From Octopus vulgaris (lineage: Eukaryota), in the NCBI GenBank assembly GCA_951406725.2, contig OX597828.1:78244001-78308000 (forward strand): 64,000 nt of DNA, given 5' to 3'. This document shows, in pieces, positions 44,560 through 59,116 of the stretch; position 1 is the stretch's first letter, and each line of letters starts with the position of its first letter. The translations under genes were made by a program, and so were the position numbers. The notes below the pieces were generated by a model, which worked only from the letters and a program-made list of their open reading frames with translations, had not been told where the DNA came from and searched no databases.

Positions 44560-44812
44560 GTGTGTGTGTGTCTGTGTCTTAGTGTTTTTGTATTGTGCAA
44601 TAGATGCAAATGAATGTCGATGTCATGTTATTAGTGTCCTTCATTTTTCCAATCTTCCATAGAACATGTCTGGCTAGAAAGAAATATTATCTTACTTGGA
44701 AACGGTTGGGTTGGCATCAGGAAGGGCATTCAGCCTTAGAAAAGCTGCCTCCGCAATGTCTTTCTGACCCATGCAAACATAGAAAAGTAGGCGTTAAGAA
44801 TGATGATGATTA
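44560..44812 (+). mobile_element. SINE-like element whose 3' end resembles the RTE 3' terminus
   Basis: gttggcatcaggaagggcattcagcc..agaaa...acccatgcaaacatagaaaagtaggcgttaagaatgatgatgat, preceded by non-RTE sequence. Confidence 0.6.
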
Positions 44813-45413
44813 TAATGTGCAGGTGTGTATGTGCACATGCACACACATATCCCCCTCACCACATCCATTGCCATTTAAGTTTTATATATGACGAATTGCC
44901 ATTATTTAGAAGTTTTTGTGTATTGAAATTATATCATTTGTTATGAATCTTGGGTCTGAGTGTTACATAGTAGAAAACAAAAGTTGAGATATTGTTAAGA
45001 TATTTAGTTTACATCATCTTACGTACATTTTATTAACTTAAAGTAGTTATTAGTTACATAATCAAGATTTATTATCAAATCATCAGAGATATGTAACATC
45101 TTGGAGGTGATTCATGATTGTTCCTAAAGTGCTATTAAAGACATTATATAGATGTCAGTTTGGGGAAATCAACAAAGCAAAGTATAAGGTGGTGTTGGTG
45201 GACAGACAGGAGAAAAAAGTTTTCTGCACACATGGGAAAGAAAAAAGATTGAGGACTTTAAATATTTCTAGCAGGTTTAAAAAAAAGAAATTAATTTACT
45301 CATTGAAGCAAGTCTATGATTTCTTGTAAAAAAAATTCCCAAATCTTTCTATTTCTATCATAATAGCTCCAGTTAAATGTATTATCAAAACTTAGTTAAT
45401 TAGCTAGAAATAT

Positions 45414-45740
45414 TGCTGGTGGCATGTGAAAAGCAACATTTGAGCGTGGTCATTGCCAGTGCTGCTGGACTGGCTCCCGTGCAGTTAGTATGTAAAAAAC
45501 ACCTTTTGTATGTAGTCATTGTCAGAACCGTGTGACTGGCCCTCATGCTGATGACATGTAAAAGCACCCACTACACTCTTGGAGTGATTGGTGTTAGGGA
45601 GGGCATCCAGTTGTAGAAACTTTGCCAGATCAGATTGAGCCTGGTGCAGCCTTCAGGTTTTGCCAGTCCTCAGTCAAACCATCCAGCCCATGCCAGCATG
45701 GCAAGCGGACGTTAAATGACAACGACGATGATGATGATGG
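45414..45740 (+). mobile_element. RTE-LINE 3' UTR fragment with 3 tandem units
   Basis: ggtggcatgtgaaaagca...gggcatccagttgtagaaa...ggacgttaaatgac..gatgatgatg. Confidence 0.85.
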
Positions 45741-46378
45741 TTTCATCCATGAAATAGAAGCATATACTATATTAACGCACCAATTTCTGGTATGTATATA
45801 ACTAAATAGTAGGATTTTGCCCACGAATTGTAAGTGTTTATTATGCCAACAATAATAATGTGCATGTATGAATGTGTGCTTGTGGGCATGTTTCTATCTA
45901 TATGGGTATTTATACAGGTTTGGAAAAGACTGCATTATATACATATGTCAATTAAGTCTTGATCTTTGTCTATGTGGTAACATAGATATATGAGTAGGTA
46001 TTTATGTATACACATAGATATGCGCACATACACACACACACATGAATATATTTATATAGAGAGGTATAAAATGCTTTTAGTACTGTACAGAATAATATAT
46101 TAGTGATGATATAGGGTTTGTCATGGATTAACTTCAAATGTATGCATGTGTATACATGTGTGTATATACACATATGACTGATGTTGTTTGTATGCTTGGG
46201 TGTGTAAGTTTGCACACATGCATATTTGTATAGATCAGAAATGCTGCAGGTGAGTCATACAGGATCTAACATCTATATGTGCATAGCTGTATGTGAGCAC
46301 ATATATGGAGTCTATGTGGGTATATATATATGTGAATGTGTGTGTGTGTATATATAAATATATATGTGTATATGTATG

Positions 46379-46425
<47 letters not shown>

Positions 46426-46506
46426 ATATATATGTATATATGTGTGTATGTATATATGTGTGTATATATATATGTATATATGTGTGTATATATATGTATG
46501 TATATA

Positions 46507-46555
<49 letters not shown>

Positions 46556-47529
46556 TCACACACATACGCAATCACACGTTTATATTTGCTGATGTAAACA
46601 TATGTATGATATGCAGCTGACTAAACAACATGTATCCTTTGCTAAATTTTATGGCTTTCTTAACTTAATGAGCAACAAGGAAAAACAACTGATTAGAAGA
46701 AACAATAACATGATTAATGGGAAAATGTCCTGACATGTCTATAATAACAATCTCTCATAATATTATTCCTTCTGTCTACCTTCCATTTGATACCTAATAC
46801 AAAGTACTTCCCCTGAAATGGGGAATTCTGTCATTTTCTGTCCAATAATGTTACATATAAAAGTTACATCTCTCTGATGATTGGACAATAAGTCTTGAAT
46901 ATGAAACTAATAATCATCTTATGTTAATGACATGTAATCTAGTGTAACTAAATCTTATAAGTGATCTCCCTTGTTTTGATTTGTATGACACACACGTTCA
47001 TATGATGACTACAACGCAATTTTGAGTAAGGCTTCATTGTTCTCTTAAAGCAGCATAGATGTGGCTTTTCATGCCTTCTAAGGACCTAGACTCTTTTGTG
47101 AAAATATAGCAATGATGGGCACCTCTTGGTGCAGGTGTTCAGGGAGCACAGAGAGCATAAATTATGCTGAAACATTCCATCATGAAATTCTTCATTGAGT
47201 GTTTTGCCTTTCTCAGTTACAACTATACACAGTATGCAATACTTTATAGAGATGAAACGATATCCTTGCCTGAAGTTTTCTAAATTAACGAAAAGCCTTG
47301 CACAGGACCATTCCAACTCTTTCAACACTTTATGCATTTGCCTGTGTGTGTGTGTACACATGTATATGTTTATATTTGCTGACGTAAATGTATGTATGGT
47401 ATGCAGCTGACTAAACAACATGTACCCTTTGCTAAATTTTATGACTTAAGAAACAATGAGCTGTGACATTTATGTATATATTTTCGTGTGTTTCTTGGAA
47501 AATTTAGATGTATGATAGCTTCTGAAATG

Positions 47530-48165
<636 letters not shown>

Positions 48166-48169
48166 AAGA

Positions 48170-51100
48170 AAGAATATATATATTTTCAAAAATGTATATA
48201 TATATAACGAAATTGATGTTTTAATAAACACATGGCTCTCTCTTTCCCAAACAAAAAATCTAAATGTCTTGTGTTTGAATGAGATTGCCGAAAAAACATC
48301 ACAAGTGGTCAACACAGATCCGTCAAACAGATTCGTAGCAAGTTGAAACATATCGAAGTATCTTTCAAACTGATAAGAGGCCATTATGAAAAGCTTCTAC
48401 ATATTTTCACAGTTCAAGAACAACAACAGCTAGAAAATCAGCAGCCACAACAACAACAACAACAGAATGAGCCACTCCTGGTATATATATATATGGCTGA
48501 CCCTGACATCGGTCAGGCACAACAACAACAACAACAGCCACAGCAACAAGAACAACAACAGCCACTCCTCAACTCTAGCTTACTAGACGATTCACTAAAT
48601 GCCAGTATCTTTTCACCGCTCTCACAGCAACCACCACAATTATCATCATCATCATCACCACCGCTGCCACCATCGTCTTCTATCACCAAAAATACCAACA
48701 GAAAACCAAATAAGAAACCACTGCCCTCTTCCCCCACATCACCACCTCAATACTACTGCAGTAACAAAAACTTAAAGAAACATAGGAAGCAGAATGCGCC
48801 CCCCACGGCACAAACAAGAAATCCCCAAATATGCCGCTATTCACTGCGCCAGAGACTCTGCACAAATAGTGACTGCATCTTCACGCATCTACCTGGCACT
48901 AGACGCACTACTGGCCAAGGCCAAAGCACGCATCCCACAATAACATCAACACCACCAAATAGTAATATCGAAATTCAAAACACACACAACTCGGAGTCCC
49001 AAAATCTGCCGGTATTCCCAACGTGAGAGAACATGTCTACTGAGTGACTGTCCCTTCACTCATCTTCCAGGGACCCGACGCACAAACAGAAACGGGGCCT
49101 CAAGCCAACACACAAACCTGAATAACAATAAATATATAGATAACACACCATGCTGACCTCCAGCCAAAAACTGCTCCCTAAGCAGGAAAATTCTTTTTAG
49201 CCATGTTGAACATGGCAAAAGAGATACACAAAAACATTCTAGCCATCACTCAACACCATCCTATGCTATTACCCCAGTGCACCAATTCCCCACATTGCTG
49301 CCACTAACACACACAAAATCCAAGCCCCCTGCAACAGTCAAAACCAGCCACTACACTAACCTCCACATTCCTACTCAATGCACAAGGTGTCAGCCCTTCC
49401 ATCAATGCACAAAAATGGAAGGTCCAATTCATTGAAGACTGGGTTGGTAACCATTCACACCACATCCCTTTCTTCATTCTCACTGAGACCCACCTTGACA
49501 ACTCCCACTTGGAAGCCGAAGTGAGAGTGAAGAATTTCACAACCATCCGCGCGGATCGTATCGGCAGGAGGAAGGGTGGAACTGCCATTTTCCTGCATGA
49601 TTCATTTACGGCAGATGGAAATAGTATATTCTCCAACGGCTACTGTGAATCAGTCACCGTGCACAACAAAGCCAATGACCTGACAGTAATTGGGCTCTAT
49701 AGGCCGCCCCAAACACCCATACTGTGCTTTAAAGAATGCCTCAACAGCATTAAGTGCTTTATTCAACAGTGCCATTCTAGCAACATACTCATGATGGGAG
49801 ACTTCAATCTACCCTGTGTTGACTGGACTACAAACTGTTTGAAACCAAGCACTCCCGCCTCAACCGCTGACAAAGAAGCAGCAGAGTCACTTTTCGACTT
49901 TACGAATGAGTTTTTCTTGTCCCAACTTGTCCTTGCACCAACAAGACATCAGAACATTTTGGACCTAGTGTTTAGTAACCACACTAACACTATACATAAC
50001 GTTACAGTGGAAAAAACCCTTCTTTCAGACCATGACATGGTTCTCTGTAACATGAAATTCCACCAGCCGAAAGCTAATCCTAGTGACCTTCCTCCAGCCC
50101 ACCCATTTGACAACATGGATCTCCATAATGCCAACTGGGATGCAATCAGGAACGAGCTATCACATGTTGACTGGTCCTTTACACATACACGCATCTCCAC
50201 CAACCATAAAACATCTTGGCAGATCTTTGTAGACACCGTCACAGACATATGTGCAAAACACTCCCCACCAAGACCTGTGAACAAAAAGTGCAGAATCCCC
50301 CAAAACAGAAAAACCATTATCAGAAAAATAAAAAGAACAAACAAAAAAATTAACAAACTAAAGTACTGCCAACAGCAACACACACATTCGACGGCTATCG
50401 CACTGCTTGAATCCAAAAAATATAACCTCCAACAATGCATGAAGACCCTCATCAATAACCAAAGATCAGCTGAGGAGAAGTGGGCCATTGAAAAAATCAA
50501 ACTCAACCCCAAAGTGTTCTTTTCATTTGCGAGGAAACGCAGGGTCACTGTCTCCACTGTAGGCCCTCTAATTGACGAAACTGGCACTCTCCAAGATAAT
50601 GCCAAATCCATGGCCGAGATACTGCAGAAACAATACTGCTCTGTTTTCAGCAATCCTGATATGGCCGATCTGGGCTGTATCAGTGATGTCAACCCCCAAC
50701 ACACTATATCGGACATAACGTTTAGTGCCCCTGATGTCTTAGCGGCGATAAACGAAATAAAACACAATTCAGCAGTAGGCCCCGATAGGTTCCCTGCTTG
50801 TGTCCTGAAGGTGTGTCGACACCAACTTGCATCTCCCCTTGCTAATCTGTGGAGAAACTCACTGGATGCTGGCTATATTCCAAAAAACCTTCTGTCCCAG
50901 TCTGTTGTCCCAGTTTTCAAAAAGGGAAACAAGTCCCTTGCAGTGAACTACCGTCCGATCTCACTCACCTCTCATATCATCAAGGTATTTGAGAGGGTGG
51001 TGAGATCTCGAATAACCCAATTTCTGGAAAGCAACAGACGGCTGATCTCCAACCAACATGGGTTCCGTAATGGAAGGGACTGCCTAACGCAGCTCCTGCA

Positions 51101-52388
51101 TCACTTTGAGGACATTTTGAGAGCTTTGGGAGAGGGCTCCAACACCGATGTCATCTACCTTGATTTCAGTAAGGCCTTCGACAGGGTCGATCACAAGATC
51201 CTATTGAAAAACTATCCAACATTGGTGTCTCTGGAAAGTTACTGAAATGGATCAAGTGTTTCCTGACAGACAGATCTCAACATGTTGTAGTTGAAGGGGT
51301 AAAATCAAGCCCAGCCAAAGTCAGTAGTGGCGTTCCGCAAGGCACTGTGCTGGGCCCACTTCTTTTCATCATTTACATTAATGACATTAATGACATCATC
51401 AAGCACAGCAACATAAAAATCTTTGCAGATGACTCCAAGCTACAGAAGGTCATAAATGAGGCGAGTGACCGGACATGCCTTCAGTCAGATCTACTGGCTG
51501 TTATCCAATGGGCAGAAAAAAACAATATGCTGCTGAACGAGGATAAATTTGAGCTAATCCACTTTGGAAAAGAGGATGCCCTGAAACTCCCATACTCCCT
51601 TCCTTCAGGTGAAACTCTCGCGGCGTCCAACAACATCAGAGACTTGGGAGTAATTGTGGACAACAACATAAGCTGGGCCACTCATATAAACACCAAAGTT
51701 GACATGGCCCGCAGAATGTGTTCCTGGATTCTCAGAACTTTCCAGTCGAGAGATATCCACACCATTATCCTTCTCTTCTCCACTTTTGCCCGACCCCACC
51801 TTGAATACTGTTGTCCACTGTGGTCTCCCCACACAATACAAGGTATCATAAAAGTTGAAGCACCTCAAAGGGCAATCACAAAAAAGATAGATGGCATGAC
51901 AGGCCTCGACTATTGGGGTCGACTAGAAAAGCTAAAACTCTATTCTCTCCAACGTCGTCGTGAGCGCTACATCATCTGCATGATGTGGAAAATATTCCAT
52001 CAGCATTGCCCAAATGATGTTGGCATCACCTTTAAGGTATATCCAAGGCTTGGGCCCCGTGCCATCCGCCCAAAACAAAAATCGCACTCTCATCTCATAA
52101 CAACAATACGGCACAATTATTTCACCTCAATTGGCCCCGCTCTCTTTAACATTACACCAAAACACATTAAAACTAGAAACTGACCCTATAGGGTTCAAGA
52201 AGTCTTTGGACAGATTCCTTCAAGAAATCCCGGATAAACCCCCTACACCCGGATATGTCTCTGTAAACAATAACTCTCTACTTGAGTGGGCCATAGTGCC
52301 CAAATTCTGACTTGAAAGACTTCACCAGGTGGTGCTATTAAGTTAGACATGGCCTGGGCCAATAATGGCCGAAACCTATCAAAGTATC
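48170..52388 (+). mobile_element. CR1-clade LINE family B, near full length (ORF1 ~48206-49307; ORF2 ~49308-52309) with 1-nt frameshifts
   Basis: ORF1: Myb-like N-terminus, Q/P/S-rich linker, two CCCH-like repeats ending C..FTHLPGTRRT. ORF2: APE (LLNAQG, LTETHL, YRPP, MGDFN, SDHD) and RT (FADD). TA on both sides. Confidence 0.93.
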
Positions 52389-53556
<1,168 letters not shown>

Positions 53557-54011
53557 GGTTCCGTTTTCAGCAGAGAAAGACGTGATTGCCTTTGCTCTGT
53601 GAAAAAGTCTGCATAGAACGGCGAAATAACCCACTGTAGTTGCAAAACGTAAAACTCTAAGTCATAGAGATCACTACAACACTTTGGTTAAAAATATTTT
53701 TAAAAATATATATATAAATATATACATATACACAGTAATTTTCATTTTCGCCGAAACGCACATGGTGCAAAAATAACTGAATCAAGTTATCTCCTGCAAG
53801 AAAGAAAAAAGAAGCATCTCTCCCGAAAAAAATCCCGTAAACCAAAAAAATTATCCAGACCACATTGTTGGATTAAGTATCAATTTCATCTATTTCATAT
53901 TTTATTTATTATTCTATTTTATCTTTCACTTAGGCCCACATCTTAGTTAAAGTTGCGATCGTCATTTGGTTTGTTTACATTTTCAATAACTGTTCTCGAT
54001 ATAATAATTTT

Positions 54012-55200
54012 CCAGATACTCTATCTTCTAATTAGCCTTAAGATTAAATTAAATAACGTTTAATATTGATACCGTCAAATTAGCCTTAGGATTAAATTAA
54101 ATAACGTTTAATATAGTTTAATATTGTTAATAATTATTGTTAATTAGCCTTAAGATTAAATTAAATAACGTTTAATATTGTTTTAATATTGTTAATAATT
54201 TTTCAGATACTCTATCTTCTAATTAGCCTTAAGATTAAATTAAATAACGTTTAATATTAATAACGTCTAATTAGCCTTAGGATTAAATTAAATAACGTTT
54301 AATATTGTTAATAATTATTGTTAATTAGCCTTAGGATTAAATTAAATAACGTTTAATATTGTTTAATATTGTTAATAATTACTATTAATTAGCCTTAAGA
54401 TTAAATTAAATAACGTTTAATATTGTTAATATTGTTAATAATTATTGTTAATTAGCCTTAGGATTAAATTAAATAACGTTTAATATTGTTTAATATTGTT
54501 AATAATTATTGTTAATTAGCCTTAAGATTAAATTAAATAACGTTTAATATTGTTTTAATATTGTTAATACTTCTTCAGATACTCTATCTTCTAATTAGCC
54601 TTAAGATTAAATTAAATAACGTTTAATATTACCCACACTCTAATATAATATTAACATTGCTAATATATTTTCAGATACTCTATCTCCTGATTAGCCTTAA
54701 GATTAAATAACGTTTTTATCCACACTCTAATATAATATTAATATTGCTAATATATTTTCAGATACTCTATCTTCTAATTAGCCTTAAGATTAAATTAAAT
54801 AACGTTTAATATTAATAACGTCTAATTAGCCTTAAGATTAAATTAAATAACGGTTAATATTGCTTAATATTGTATATATAATTTTTCAGATACTCTGTCT
54901 TCTAATTAGCCTTAAGATTAAATTAAATAACGTTTAATATTACCCACACTCTAATATAATATTAATATTGCTAATATATTTTCAGATACTCTATCTCCAA
55001 ATTAGCCTTAAGATTAAATAACGTTTTTTTACCCACACTCTAATATAATATTAATATTGCTAATATATTTTCAGATACTCTATCTCCTAATTAGCCTTAA
55101 GATTAAATAACGTTTTTACCCAAATAACGTTTTTACACAAACTTTAATATTGTTAATATTTCTTTTTCAAGTACTCTATCTTCTAATTAGCCTTAATATC
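54012..55200 (+). repeat. Tandem array in the LINE 5' UTR: 17 copies of TTAGCCTTA(A/G)GATTAAA(TTAAA)TAACGTTT with modular linkers
   Basis: 17 TAGCCTTA cores counted by eye. The last units are also present, reverse-complemented, at 30840-31002. Confidence 0.9.
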
Positions 55201-55257
55201 TTCCTGTCTTCTCTCGAACATAATTAGATAGATAAACGGATAGACGGATTATCCAGC

Positions 55258-56169
55258 ATGTCCAGAGCATGGAGACGTGACGAGCTGGATTTATTCGTAC
55301 GAGCATGGGAGTGCGCCGGCGGAGATAGCCCTAGCGAGGTGATTGCGGCTGCGCTGAAGAGCAGAGGCTACAAGAGGACAGCGGCTCAGATGGAGCGAAA
55401 GAGACAGGAATTCGTGCGCTCATATGCGCTTGTACGGTCGCACATTGGCGCACTTGATGCCATCTTTGAGAACGAGCGGGGCAAAGATGGCAAGAATGGA
55501 GACGATGAAAGAAGTCACCCCCACCTGGTGGACGCCCAGGAGGAGGTTTTGAATGAGAAACCTGCCCGGGAAGTGAACCCAGGTGCAAGTTCTCCAACCG
55601 GCAGCAAGGGCCATGGAGACGGAGAACCCGGTGAAGAGGTAGAGGGAGGAAGAAGAACTAAAAGAAGGACTGGAAGAGCTAAAGGAAAAGAAAAAGCTCA
55701 AGCAGGACCAAAGAGTGAAACAACCAGGAGTAGAAGTGGAACCGCAAAGGATGGAACCAAACAGCGCACACGGGTGTGTATGTTCTACCTGAGAGGTTCC
55801 TGCTGGCACGGAAAGGAAGGTGCAGGCTGCCGCTTTGCACATCGGGGACCCTGCCACAGAGACACGAGGCAGATGGACAAACCATCAACACAAAGAAAAG
55901 GGATGGACTACGCACCACCTGCCCCAAAGCGGAGGTACGCAGATGTTGTGCGCGCCACAAACAGCCAACATGATGTTGTCGAAAGAGCAGCTGCTGAGCA
56001 ACAATCTTTTTTGTGCATGGCACAAAAGATTGTACAGCAGCTGACCTGGCTTCATCAAACCCAAGCCCGCAGGTGGGACTACCCACTATATACCAGACCA
56101 CCACAGCAAACAGACACAGGATGGACACCGCCGGCAACAACGTACACCTCACCTCGATACTCCTACTGA
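55258..56169 (+). CDS. LINE ORF1 protein: Myb/SANT (trihelix-like) domain, basic linker and CCCH zinc finger
   Basis: W..DE..LFV.AW...I...L..RGY.RT..Q...K.....Y pattern; CMFYLRGSCWHGKEGAGCRFAH = C-x7-C-x8-C-x3-H. Intact, 303 aa. Confidence 0.85.
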   Translation: MSRAWRRDELDLFVRAWECAGGDSPSEVIAAALKSRGYKRTAAQMERKRQEFVRSYALVRSHIGALDAIFENERGKDGKNGDDERSHPHLVDAQEEVLNEKPAREVNPGASSPTGSKGHGDGEPGEEVEGGRRTKRRTGRAKGKEKAQAGPKSETTRSRSGTAKDGTKQRTRVCMFYLRGSCWHGKEGAGCRFAHRGPCHRDTRQMDKPSTQRKGMDYAPPAPKRRYADVVRATNSQHDVVERAAAEQQSFLCMAQKIVQQLTWLHQTQARRWDYPLYTRPPQQTDTGWTPPATTYTSPRYSY

Positions 56170-59116
56170 ACATCAGAGGACTGCAAACACTCAGTAACAG
56201 GACAAAGATCCCGTTCCTGAGAGACTTTGTTGCATGCAATCAAGCCTTATGCATAGCACTTACAGAAACGCACCTGAAACCGGACATAGCAGATGCGGAG
56301 TTACACATACCACAGTATGCTGTACTACGGACCGACAGGAAAGAAAGGAGTCATGGAGGTGTTGCTATGTACATCCGTGAGGACCTCACACCCCAGGTCC
56401 TCTTGTCATACTCAAACTCGGTGTGTGACACACTAATTGTACATATTAGGCAACTTGATGTAGTTGTGTGTGCTACATATCGCCCTCCAGATGCCCCAAG
56501 CCATGTGGGCAAGTTCGAAGACTGCCTTATAAAAATAGAAGAAATTCTAACCACATTAGAACAACACATAGGTGTGCTTCTTATGGGAGACTTCAATCTG
56601 CCCAATGTCAGATGGCCCGAGGGCCTTTCTCTCCCAGGAATGACAAGATGTGAACGAGGACAGGCGAGGTCCCTCCTGAACCTCATCAACACCCTGTACA
56701 TGGAGCAGGTAATACTCCAACCAACCAGGGCAGGTAACACACTGGATCTCTGCTTCACAAATGACATGGATCTCATCCATAATGTGAAAGTGACACCGAC
56801 ACTACTCTCGGATCACAACATGATAGAGCTGACCATGTACGGGCCAAAAGAGAGCACGGACATGCAGCCTACAAGAAACCCTCAAAATCTTTCCAGCTTG
56901 AACTACCATAAGGCAAACTGGAAACAAATTGAGAAAGAGATCCTCAAACAAAACTGGCCTGAATGTCTCTCCTCGCCAGACATCGACGTGAAACTTCAAC
57001 AATTCATGTCTGTAATGCAAGCCATATGCTACAAATGTGTCCCAGAGAGAAAGGCCACTGTACACAAGAACAAAATCCCCAGAGAGAGGAAAATTTTAAT
57101 GAGACGGCGTACGAAATTTTCAAATCGCCTAAACAAACAGATTGAAAGCAGTGAAAAGTCCCGCCTAAAAATAAAACTGTTGGAAATCGAAAAATGTCTG
57201 CAACTCTCCCATGAAAAAGAAAGAGCAGACAAAGAAGCCTGGGCTATAGAAAACATAAAATCTAACCCCAGAGCTTTCTACAGGTATGCCAAAGAAACAG
57301 CTACAGTGCACTGTAGAATAGGGCCACTCCTCGAAAAGGATGGCACACTTACAGGAAAACCAATGAGGGTAAGTGAAATACTGAATGAGCAATTCAAGAG
57401 TGTTTTCACTCCACCCCTTGGGCATTTCCAAATCAGCAATCCAACTGACTTTTTTACCACTGCAGATATAAAATCAGAGGCGGCGACGATAGATTACATC
57501 GATATAAAGGAAGACGATGTAACCAAGGCTATAGATGAAATGAAAACAGACTCAGCTACTGGCCCCGATGGATTCCCGGCAATCCTCCTAAAAGCATGTA
57601 AGAGAGTCCTAGCAAGACCACTGCAGTTCCTCTTTCAGAGCTTCCTTGCAGCTGGCAAACTTCCAGGAAAACTGAAGGAAGGTAAAATATGCCCCATTCA
57701 TAAAGGAGGTAGCAGAGCGGAAGCCAAGAACTATAGACCTATCTCTCTGACCTCACACATCAGCAAGGTCATGGAACGAATAGTCAGAAGGAAGCTGATC
57801 ACCTTCCTTGAAGAGAATGACTTGCTGCCCGACACCCAACATGGTTTCCGACCAGGGAGAAGCTGTTTAACTCAGCTCCTACAACACTATGACTGGGTGC
57901 TGAAACGGCTGCTCAACCACTCAAATGTGGAAGTGATATATCTCGACTTTGCAAAGGCCTTTGATAAAGTCGATCATGGAATGATATGTCACAAACTGCG
58001 TGATCTCAACATAGTTGGAAAACTGGGAGAATGGCTTCATGACTTTCTGAAGGATAGAAGTCAGGTGGTAGTAGCCAATGGGGCCACCTCCATTAACACA
58101 CAAATAGTGAGCGGTGTTCCGCAGGGCACTGTTCTGGGACCACTACTGTTCATAATGGCCCTCTCAGACATGCCCTCAGCCACGCAGAGAGCCACGATCA
58201 CAAGTTATGCAGATGATACAAAAGTTTCACAGGCAATACAGAACCCTGAGGACACTAAACACCTGCAATGTGAGCTGGACGAAATATACAAGTGGGCTAA
58301 AAGAATAGCATGCAGTTCAATGCTGGAAAGTTTCAAGCTTTATACTATCAGCATGCAAAACTGAATGCAATACCCAATGAATACACTGGACCCGGAGGGA
58401 TTGCAATCCCAGAGGCACAATCAGTGCGTGACCTGGGTATTCACATGAGTGATGACGCGACCTTTCATGTACATGTTGCTAAACTGACAATGAAATGTAG
58501 ACGGCTGGCTGGATGGATTCTTAGAACCTTTAGAACAAGAGAACAAGAAACCATGATGGTCCTCTGGAAGACACTTGTCCTAAGCCACTTTGACTATTGC
58601 TCTCAGCTATGGTCACCATCCAGTGTCAAGTTGATCACAGAACTTGAGGCGATCCAACGAAGCTACACAAAGAAGATAGCCTCTATGCAGAATGTAAGCT
58701 ACTGGGAAAGACTCAAGAGATTAAAATTATATTCCCTGGAGCGTAGGCGGGAAAGATATGCCATAATATACATCTGGAAGATCCTGGAGGGAAGTGTCCT
58801 GAACTTTGGCATCGAGAGTTACGCAAATGCCAGAACTGGGCGCCACTGCGTGGTGCCTAGGACTCCAAACCTGCCATCAAGATGTAGGACAAGATTCTGT
58901 GATAGCCTGGGCTTCCGAGGCCCACAGCTCTTCAATATCCTCCCGAAGAACCTGAGAGACCTGCATGGGGTGGATACAGATGTCTTTAAAATGAAGCTGG
59001 ATCTCTTCCTGTCAGGTGTCCCAGATGAACCAACTTCACGGCAGGAGGGGCAGATGAGGGCAGCTGCATCGAACTCTCTCATGCACCAAATAGCAGTTGC
59101 TAGAAAGCCTCCATGA
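56121..59116 (+). CDS. LINE ORF2: APE endonuclease plus reverse transcriptase, single 1-nt deletion near 58298
   Basis: ORFs 56013-58364 and 58310-59116. gggctaaaag here versus gggctgaaaag in the 27740 and 39822 copies. The frame is open from 55998; first ATG at 56121. Confidence 0.9.

Noticed and set aside
44116-47421. Short minus-strand ORFs (44116-44381, 47086-47421) as exons of a second gene
   Set aside because: No recognisable domain, no convincing splice acceptors, and partly composed of microsatellite.
48415-48720. PolyQ/P/S stretch as a host transcription-factor exon
   Set aside because: It lies between the Myb-like and CCCH regions of family-B ORF1, directly upstream of APE-RT.
49949-50767. 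Antisense ORFs within LINEs (e.g. 272 aa here; 55679-56239; 8604-9023)
   Set aside because: They are shadow frames of APE/RT coding sequence with no recognisable motifs.
54012-55200. CRISPR-like appearance (constant core with variable spacers)
   Set aside because: The linkers are reused modules rather than unique spacers, the context is eukaryotic, no cas genes are present, and the array belongs to a LINE 5' region.
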